Below are positions 12,879 to 21,499 of a stretch of DNA of 64,000 bases, piece after piece (position 1 is the stretch's first letter; each line of letters begins with the position of its first letter). The DNA is from Anthoceros angustus (Eukaryota; Plantae; Anthocerotophyta), in assembly GCA_010909165.1 (NCBI GenBank), contig VJWM01000003.1, forward strand, positions 1-64,000. The letters are read 5' to 3'. The position numbers and the translations under genes were made by a program. The notes beneath the pieces were generated by a model. It was not told the DNA's origin. It did no database searches and saw only the letters and a program-made list of their open reading frames with translations.

Positions 12879-13199
12879 GTGAGTTTTGCTGTTCTTACCA
12901 GTATAGAACTATAAGAGGGCGCCAGCATGCCGGCGCCCTCCCTTTCCCTATTGTCCCCGCAATCTGACTTTCGGCAATCTCACTTGTTTTGTGTTATTTT
13001 GCAGCAAGTTAAAGATGTTGAAGACCTGAAAAAGCTACCAGAAGATTTCCACGCTTTTATATTAGAGGTCCACACATGGAAAGGGCTGGAGGATGAGCAG
13101 AGGTCACTTGCGGACATGGACATGGAGGAAGGGCTGCAATCATCGTGCCCAAAACAGAGGAGTTAGTGAAGTATCAAGTGGTGCGCAGAGATGTGGCGT

Positions 13200-13800
13200 A
13201 AATGAGAGGGTTTCTTTGAGTCAAGTATACAACGGTGATGGATGTCCCTGTGGGATTCAACAAGGGAAGTATGATGTCAAACTTGAGCAAGAAATGGCAA
13301 ACATATTTCATTCCTTCCATGACATGACAATGTGCGACGAGATCGTAATGATAGTAATGCATGGTGTGGAAGAGCGCATATTGTCGTGAGAGTATGAGGA
13401 AGTGGTGTGCGTGGAGGCATGGTCTCATTTGTTTGGGACAAAACTAATATGCACAATGACCAAGGAGGCTTTGACACCGTGGAGTACATCATGGGGTGGG
13501 GTGTGACCGCACGAGCAAGAAGACAAAGGTGTCCATGTCAATACCTTGCGTGGCTCTTTCAATAATGGGCGGCGGTTATTGCACACGACGTGGTGAAGAA
13601 GTTATTATACATGTCACCGGACAAGCTGGTTGTTTCCGCGTATCGAGGCCACCGGGTCTAATGATGAAGTTGATCAAGAACTTCCGAGAAGGAGATTGGA
13701 TATTAGATGCATGTGGAGTGGAACAACGACATTAGCGGCACTCCTTTGTGGCCGAAATTGCATTGCCGTGGAGGTTGACAAACGCTGCGTAGTTCATTCC
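13200..13800 (+). pseudogene. Beta-class N6-adenine/N4-cytosine DNA methyltransferase (N6_N4_Mtase-like), copy 1
   Basis: Catalytic-position motif VMDVP(C)GIQQGKYD at 13241; FVWDKTN...VEYI; C-terminal RPPGLMMKLIKNF.REGDWILDAC.GSGTTTLAALLCGRNCIAVEVDKRC (motifs X-I-II). Catalytic motif before the SAM-binding motif is the beta permutation. Confidence 0.85.
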
Positions 13801-14149
13801 GCAAAGGATTCATGGCTATGAAGTTTTACGGACGCAGAGGAGGAGTTGACCCATGAGCCACACCGCCGAGGCCCCACCCACCTGGGCAAAAGAATTGAGC
13901 TTGTCCGAGAAGGATGCATCCCAGCCCGTAGTCCCACTTGGGTTGAGCAGATGAAAGAGAAGACCGAAAAAGCTACCAAGATTTCCGTGCTTTTATATTA
14001 GAGGTCCACACATGGAAAGGGCTGGAGGATGAGCAGAGGGCACTTGCGGACATGGACATGGAGGAAGGGCTGCAATCTTTACCGTGCCCAAAACAGAGGA
14101 GTTAGTGAAGTATCAAGTGGTGCGCAGATGTGGCGTAAATGAGAGGGTT

Positions 14150-14770
14150 TCTTTGAGTCAAGTATACAACGGTGATGGATGTCCCTGTGGGATTCAACAA
14201 GGGAAGTATGATGTCAAACTTGAGCGCAAATGGCAAACATATTTCATTCCTTCCATGACATGACAATGTGCGACGAGATCGTAATGATAGTAATGCATGG
14301 TGTGGAAGAGCATATTGTCGGGAGAGTATGAGGAAGTGGTGTGGAGGCATGGTCTCATTTGTTTGGGACAAAACTAATATGCACAATGACCAAGGAGGCT
14401 TTGACACCGTGGAGTACATCATCGTGGGTGTGACCGCACGAGCAAGAAGACAAAGGTGTCCATGCTGCCAAACACCTTGCAGGGCTCTTTCAATAATGGG
14501 TGAGCAGTTATTGCGCACGATGCTGTGGTAAAGAATTTATTACACATCCTTGGACAAACTGGTTGTTTCCGCGTATCAGAGGCCACTGGGTCTAATGATG
14601 AAGTTGATCAAGAACTTCTCCAAGGAAAGAGATTGGATATTAGATGCATGTGCAGGGAGTAGAACAACGACATTAGCGGCACTGCTTTGTGGCCGGAATT
14701 GCATTGCTGTGGAGGTGGACAAGCGCTGTGTAGAGTTCATTCCTCAAAGGATTCATGGCTATGAAGTTTT
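14150..14770 (+). pseudogene. Beta-class N6A/N4C DNA methyltransferase, copy 2 (tandem duplicate)
   Basis: DVP(C)G at 14178; SFVWDKTNMHNDQGGFDTVEYIIVG; ORF 14550-14876 YQRPLGLMMKLIKNFSKERDWILDACAGSRTTTLAALLCGRNCIAVEVDKRCVEFIPQRI. Confidence 0.88.
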
Positions 14771-15074
14771 ACCGGACGCAGAGGAGGAATTGACCCATGA
14801 GCCACACCGCCGAGGCCCCACCCAATTCTGGGCAAAAGAATTGAGCTTGTCCGAGAAGGATGCATCCCAGGCCTAGGTAGTCCCACTTGGGTTGAGCAGG
14901 ATGATCGCCAGCAAACCCTGTCTGCATTGTGGCATCCTGACTATTTGGAGAAGAGCAAGGAGGATGCGAACGATATCGCCGGAAATGCTATGGTCGAAAA
15001 CGACAATTTCGAGGATCCCGAGGATGCTCGACACGAAGGACGGAAGTTGTGTTAGATAGCGTGTCGGGACAATG

Positions 15075-18000
15075 CCCTCCGAGCCACGCCTCAAGCCGAG
15101 AATCGGTGAGGAAGTGAGTCTAGTTTAGTTTTGAAAGTTCCATAACCTCAATGGTTAGAATTAGATGGCGCCGCATGCCGCCTGCTTCCTTCTTTAACTA
15201 TGAGTGACATTGTTATTCGCTTTGTCAAGGATGACTTCGCTGACGGCCGCAAAATATCCGTAGACCTCGCTTTCACACCTATAAGACATCGGCACCGCAC
15301 GAGGTCCGAATGCACCAACATACCCACATTCGTGTGAAAGCACCACAAACGGGATGCGCAACCTCAAGCACTAAACTTGCATCACGATCGGATGGGGAAC
15401 CCGAATTTGGTCCCGGTTTTCAAAGCGGGTTCGTATATTCACGGTTCAAATATTATGGTGTTCTAGGGTAGTTGCTTAAAGGGTATATATATATTTGACC
15501 AACCAAACTAACACATTCACATTAGTTTTTAGGTGTGTTTAGTTAGGTTGGTTTCATTAACAACACCTAGGAGTTGACTTAGGTTAACCGTAGGTGTACC
15601 CTAGAACCGCCGGTGAAGGACGCCCATGATGACTCACACCAACAAGGGCCGAGGGAATCATGGGAAAGCAAGGACCAATTGCCAAGTGGATCCGAGCGTG
15701 AAGATTGAGATGGACGCCGGACAAAAGGAGGAGGGCGCCCATTGAAGGCGTTGTTGAAGTCGTGCCAGAGCGCCAGAAGGAGAAAGAAGCATTGCAATTT
15801 CTAATTTTGGTGTGTGGAATGTGTTGATGTTTTCCTTGGGATCGAACTTGGGAGGGCGATCCGCAGGTGGGCTGATTTCACCGCCAATTTCACAATCGTG
15901 TGAGGCCCCGCTATCAATGCCAGCGATGCCGTCAACAAGAAGCGCGATTTTTTTTGACAAGAGAACTATGTTTACAAGTGGGTTGGCACAATTGGCGCCC
16001 ATGAAGGGGAACTTCAAAGATTGCTAATGTGGTGAAAGAGGAGGAGATACTACGCCCCAAGACGCCATACTCGGATGGGCCCCAAGATCACCATACAACC
16101 CCAAGACGCCCATACCGGATAGTCCCAAGATCGCCCATACTGGACAAGCCCCAAGACGCCCATACTCGACACCCCAAGATCGCCATACCGGATACCCCAA
16201 GATACCATACCGGATACCCCAAGATCACCATACCGGATACCCCAAGATCGCCCATACCCTAGGCACCTTGACCTCAAGACGACAAGACTTTTGGCTGCTA
16301 TTTGTATCCAAGTGTGAGGATCGGCTTGTCCGGTCCGACGACGCCCACTTGGTAGGTAGGTATCCCGTGGGTCGATTTCATGCCTCACCTAAACTCTAAG
16401 AGTGCCTTGGACAGCTTCTTAAAGCACAAAGAGTCATTCATGGTACGCCCACAACGCCTCCTCACCGCCGCAGATAGAAGATCGTACTCCACTTGGTGAT
16501 CTTTTGCTCGCAGTTTTTGAGTAGAGTGTGGCTAACATCTTCATGCACACCATGCCAGTCATGTTCTTTTATGGAGGCATCTTAGTTCATTGCCAATCGA
16601 TCGGTTTGATTGAAGCGCAATGCCTCCCGAGCCACGCCTCAAGCCGAGAATCCCCTCAAGAGGGAAGTGAGTCTAGTTTAGTTTTGAAAGTTCCATAACA
16701 ATGGTTAGAATTAAGATGCGCCGCATGCCGCCTGCTGTTTCCTTCTTTAACTATGAGTGACATTGTTATTCGCTTTGTCAAGGATGACTTCGCTGACGGC
16801 TGCAAAATATCCGTAGACCTCGCTTCACACCTATAAGACATCTGCCGTGCACCGAGAGGTCCAGAATGCACCAACATACCCACATTCGTGAAAGCACCAC
16901 AAACGGGATGCGCAAACCTCAAGCACTAAACTTGCATCAATGGATCCGGATGGGGAACCCAATTTGGTCCCGGGTTTTCAGCGGGTTCGTATATTCCGCC
17001 GGTTCAAATATTATGGTGTTCTAGGGTAGTTGCTTAAAGGGTATATATATATTTGACCAACCAAACTAACACATTCACATTAGTTTTTAGGTGTGTTTAG
17101 TTAGGTTGGTTTCATTAACAACACCTAGGAGTTGACTTAGGTTAACCGTAGGTACCCTAGAACCGGGTGAAGGACGCCCATGATGACTCACACCAAGCCG
17201 AGGCCGAGGGAATCATGGGAAAGCAAGGACCAATTGCCAAGTGGATCCGAGCGTGAAGATTGAGATGGACCGGACAAAAGGAGGAGGCGCCCATTGAAGG
17301 CGTTGTTGAAGTCGTGCCTCGAGAGCGTAAGGAGAAAGAAGCATTGCAATTTCTAATTTTGGTGTGTGGAATGTGTGATGTTTTCCTTGGGATCGAACTT
17401 GGGAGGGCGATCCGCAGGCGTGGGCGCGATTTCGACCGCCACCTCACAATCGTGTGAGGCCCCGCATATCCAACCAGCCGATGCCGGCTCAACAGCGCGA
17501 TTTTTTTTTGACAAGAGAACTATGTTTTCGATGCGGGGTTGGCACAATTGGCGGTCCATGGCGAGAAGGGGAACTTCAAAGATTGCTAATGTGGTGAAAG
17601 AGAGGAGGATACTGGGGCCCCAAGACGCCATACTGGATAGTCCCAAGATCACCATACGGACAACCCCAAGATACCATACCGGATAGTCCCAAGATCGCCA
17701 TACTGGGGCCCCAGATCTTACTCTGACACCCCAAGACGCCCATACCGGATACCCCAAGATCGCCGGGATGGGCCCCAAGATCACCATACTGACCCTGAAG
17801 TATGCCCCTAGGCACCTTGACCTCGACGACGACATTTGGCTGCTATTTGTATCCAAGTGTGAGGATCGGCTTGTCCGAGGTCTGACGACGTCCACTTGGT
17901 AGGTAGGTATCCTGTGGGTCGATTTCATGCCTCACCTAAACTCTAAGAGTGCCTTGGACAGCTTCTTAAAGCACAAAGAGTCATTCATGGTACGTCCACA

Positions 18001-18180
18001 ACTGCCCCTCCTCACCTGCTGCAGATAGAAGATCGTTACCTCCACTTGGTGATCTTTTTGCTTCTGCAGGTTTTTGAGTAGAGTGTGGCTAACATCTTCA
18101 TGCACACCATGCCAGGTCATGTTCTTTACAGGAGGCATCTTAGTTCATTGCCAATCTGTACAGTTTGATTGAAGCGCAGC
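15075..18180 (+). repeat. Tandem duplication, ~1.55-kb unit, including the right TIR and flanking DNA
   Basis: tgcc(c)tcc(c)gagccacgcctcaagccgagaatc at ~15074 and ~16621; TIR at ~15433 and 16989; gtcgatttcatgcctcacctaaactct at ~16371 and ~17918. Confidence 0.9.
16055..16260 (+). repeat. Minisatellite, ~22-23-bp unit CCCCAAGATCGCCATACCGGATA (about 9 copies); paralogue at ~17615-17810
   Basis: Head-to-tail units read directly; no unique spacers. Confidence 0.9.
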
Positions 18181-18633
18181 TGCCCTTTCACATCGCGTTG
18201 GATCATCACAATACTGGTGCTTCCGAGCCCTTGTATGAGACCTATCATGGCGCCTACATAAACATCCAGGTCAAGACCACAATGTGGATGCTGCAGAGAG
18301 TTGAAGTGTGATTTTAGCAGCTGCTTCGCTAACAAATTTGCAACTCAGCACACTCGGTTCGGTTCTTGTTCCAAAGGCATGATCACCCCGGCGTGCTAAG
18401 GGATATTTCAAGGCTCCTTCTACAAGTAGTAGTTCATGATAGAGGGAGAGGTCACTTGCTGATTGGTGTTTTCCTCCAAATGAGTTGCGTCATTCCCGAC
18501 GACTTCCGTGTCTAAATCAGGTGGTAAAGAAGCACCAAGTCCCTACATACCTCCATGGAATTTCGAATTGAGTGACCTTTAAGCTCAAGTGGCAGCATTC
18601 TGACAAGGAAGTCGAGGTCAGTTGTTTCTTTTA

Positions 18634-18866
18634 TTTGGCCTGAGGTGTTGAGGCGAGATTATTATACTATCACTTCTCGCCCTGTGCTTATGTTCATACT
18701 ATTGAGAAGCGGTTTGATCACTTTGGATATGGCGGAGTCCTTGATGATTTGGCCTGAGGTGTTGAGGCGAGATTGTTATACTATCACTTCTCGCCCTGTG
18801 GATATGTTGATACTATTGAGGAGCGGTTTGATCTCTTTGGATATGGCGGAGTCCTTGATGACTTGG
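18634..18866 (+). repeat. Two tandem ~115-bp repeats
   Basis: ttggcctgaggtgttgaggcgagatt.ttatactatcacttctcgccctgtg...ggatatggcggagtccttgatga occurs twice. Confidence 0.9.
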
Positions 18867-18999
18867 CCGCAGATAAACCGTGGAATTGACTCGAGCATCC
18901 CCTCGTATCATCCCATTTTTTAGTAAAGTATTTTATCGAGTAATTATTGTTTTATTACCCAAATGGGGAATAATAGAAACGGGAGTGGAACGTAAATAC

Positions 19000-19135
19000 G
19001 AACGCGGACGGAACGGCGAACGGAACGGTGGACGAGAATGACGGACGGAACGGCGGACGGAACGGCGGACGAGAACGGCGGACGGAACGGCGGACGGAAT
19101 GTTGGGCGACAATGATGAACGGGAGTGGACGGGAC
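19000..19135 (+). repeat. Simple repeat (GACGGAACGGCG)n-like
   Basis: Repeated ggacggaacggc units. Confidence 0.85.
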
Positions 19136-19748
19136 GTCAATGGTAACGTGAACGGAAAGAAAGAACGAGAACGGGTTGGGGGTATGGGTTAAACATGAGT
19201 TAGGAAAACAACGGTTCCTAAATAACACAAACAAGCTCTTCGTTGTTTTCAGCTAGGTTCGGTGGCCGTTGTTTTTCCAACTTTTCCGTTGTTTTTTACA
19301 AACATGCGTTGTTTTCACACGTTGTTTTGGATCCTCAAATGTAGTAGTGGCAGAGGATTTTGTTCTCTGACTCTGATGAAGATGAGGCGTTTGGCATGAT
19401 GGCGGTGCGCAAGAAAAAGAAAAGGACTGTTGTTGACTTTGGTGAAGGCGTCACTGCGAAGGGGTGTCTTGGAGCAGGAATCGACCAAGATGCCGAGAGT
19501 TTCCGTCGGTCGAGAAAACTCCACGACACAGGTGTCAAGACCGATCGAGACGTTGAGGCGTTCTTTGGACAAGGCCATGGAGGTGCCTCGCAGAAGTCTT
19601 GTGGATCCGGGAGTGAAGGGCAACAACTTCAAAAACATCATGCGAGAATGGGTGAGAAAGGAGCTTGAATCCGCAGGATCTCTTCCTAGTATGGCGGTTG
19701 TGTGGCGAGCATCGATGCCGGAGGAGGCGAGGTGAAGGAGGTGTTGCC

Positions 19749-20045
19749 ATGATTGACAACACGGGGTGACGTGACCTTTGATGGCTATGCTCCGATGCGT
19801 ACTTGTAGACACGGAGCGGATCCGATCGGGAGCACGAGTGCGGGAGGCACTAAAGTCAGACGGACACAAGCTCGTTCGGCGTGAACATCACCACCTCTGC
19901 GGTACCAAGGCAGTCGGGAATGATGAGGAGGCCCGTGAAGATTGAATTGAAGCTCGCACGAAGGATGCGGCATCATTGAAGTGAGATGTTTGGTCACTGC
20001 AAAGACATATGATGTCTTGCTGGGTCGGATGGAACTCACCGTCAC
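19749..20045 (+). pseudogene. Retroviral-type aspartic protease remnant (element 2)
   Basis: atgattgacaacacggggtgacgtg reads as an MID(N)TG-like active-site segment, and AKTYDVLLGRM occurs ~250 bp downstream. Confidence 0.55.
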
Positions 20046-20459
20046 GCCATGGGGTTGATCCCTTGCACTCAAGCTTTCTGAGACCATTACGGTGGAGAGG
20101 AGATTTCACGCATGTTGCAATTCCTCTAAGGATGAATAGGAGTGGTGGCAAGAGCAGGACGAGGATGACGGGCAGCGCCATGATTGCCCGAGTGCTCAGA
20201 GTGAGCATCGACATGAGATGTGGGAGGAAACGCAGAGTTATCCTCTCCGGAGATGCCAAGCCAAGAGAGCGAAGGGTGTGCTTAAGGTTGTGCGCCGTAA
20301 TATTTGGATCAAGCGAGGGTTCGAGAAAACCAAGGAAGGAAGGAGGATCGACGGAATCTCACGGACACATGTCCCGAGAGGTCGATCCGGTATGAGGCCC
20401 GCCAAGTCGGAGATCGACGCATCGGCGATGCTCTAGTACGATGGAAGGTGGGCGTCAAG

Positions 20460-21325
20460 GCATCCATGTTGGAGCTACCTCGGGGTCGGCGGGACAGGCG
20501 GTGTTGCGGTGTGGCGTCAAGATACGGCAATATACTGCGTGGAAAAGGATGAGAAGATTCGAGCCGCTAGGGTCGAATCCTCGTGTTCAGCGTATCCAAC
20601 ACTCGAGCGAGGAAGCGCTCGAGGTCGAGCGGTGCCTGACGTGAACTGGTTGGGAAGCGGCAGCTAGAAGCCTTGTCAAGCCCGGTGGATATGCTGATCG
20701 CGGGATGGGAATGCAAGACATTTTCGACAGCAGGCAGAGGCAAAGGTGAAGGCGTTTCGTTGGCCGCTGAGCTCGCACGAATCACGCGAGAAGTCCAGAT
20801 TGCGAATCCACGATGTTGGTACATTCTGGAGAATGTGTGTGCAGCCATGGACAAACGTCCAGCTGTTAGGGCCCTGTATGAAGAGATTCGGGCGTGGTTC
20901 GGCAATGAGTTGATCATGGACGCGGTGCAGTGTGGCTCATATGCACACAGGCTTCGCAGTTACTGGACAAATGTGGCTGGACTGGAGGTGCTCAGACAGC
21001 ACAGGAATTTAACGACTCCGAAGCGGAAGGTCGTGGATGACATCCTAGAGTTGGGAAGGTGCTCACAACAGGTGAAGCGGATGGACAAGTTGCCATTTTA
21101 CCACATGAATCGAGTAGGGGAAGCCGAAGGGCATGGCCAACTCGTGAGCACACCGCAATCTTATGCCTTCGCACGGAGGAGATGGTGTGATTCTCGATTT
21201 GAAGGGAATGAGCTTGGAGCTCAATGTTGAGGAACGCGAGCAAGCGATGGGCTTTGCCAAGAAGGACACTCGGACCATGGGCATCACGATCTGCAAGATG
21301 CGGATGCTTGGATGCATTTGACACA
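20460..21325 (+). pseudogene. C5 cytosine DNA methyltransferase domain inside the retrotransposon pol
   Basis: Motif I LEL(Y).GVGG (~20470); motif II VEKD; motif IV VDMLIAGWECKTFSTAG (Cys at 20712-20714); motif VI YILENV; motif VIII AHRLRSYWTN; motifs IX-X LELNVEEREQAMGF...RMLG (21214-21320). All are in canonical order. Confidence 0.9.
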
Positions 21326-21499
21326 TGTCGAGGTGGTGTAAACAGCTTGGCGTTCCAACTTGCGTGTCAAGGAAGCGAAAGCCTTCCTCCAACTACTGCA
21401 GGATAAAGAGGTTCCTAAGGCAGAGGAAGATGAGCTGCTGCGGGAGAGATTCAGCATGGCCGCTGTGGATACTGAACTGTCTACCAAGAGTGTGACGAA

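Larger units (their letters stand above)
13020..14900 (+). repeat. Tandem duplication, ~940-bp unit
   Basis: gaagacc(t)gaaaaagctacca..gatttcc starts at ~13020 and ~13961. Both units end in gtagtcccacttgggttgagcag. Confidence 0.9.
4948..17024. mobile_element. TIR DNA transposon (Sola-like transposase) carrying ParB-like and amino-methyltransferase cargo; right end present twice (15466 and 17024)
   Basis: 4948-4983 ctagaacaccataatatttgaaccggcggaatatac is the exact reverse complement of 16989-17024. A slightly diverged right-end copy lies at ~15433-15466. A transposase lies between the ends. No target-site duplication (TSD) could be resolved. Confidence 0.85.

Noticed and set aside
15497-15606. 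Helitron 3' end (hairpin plus CTAG); same idea at 32436-32499
   Set aside because: The hairpin-to-CTAG spacing is longer than typical, no Rep/helicase is in the window, and both sites are explained by TIR elements.
16055-16260. Regular short repeats resembling a CRISPR array (also 30161-30285, 43200-43470, 51953-52093)
   Set aside because: Units are head-to-tail with no unique spacers, there are no cas genes, and the context is eukaryotic. These are minisatellites.
4948-17024. Bacterial contamination or a prophage/restriction-modification island to explain the amino-MTase and ParB-like domain
   Set aside because: The region has eukaryotic transposase motifs, spliceosomal intron signals and plant teloboxes, and is embedded in plant retroelements. 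Ancient horizontal origin of the MTase domain remains possible.
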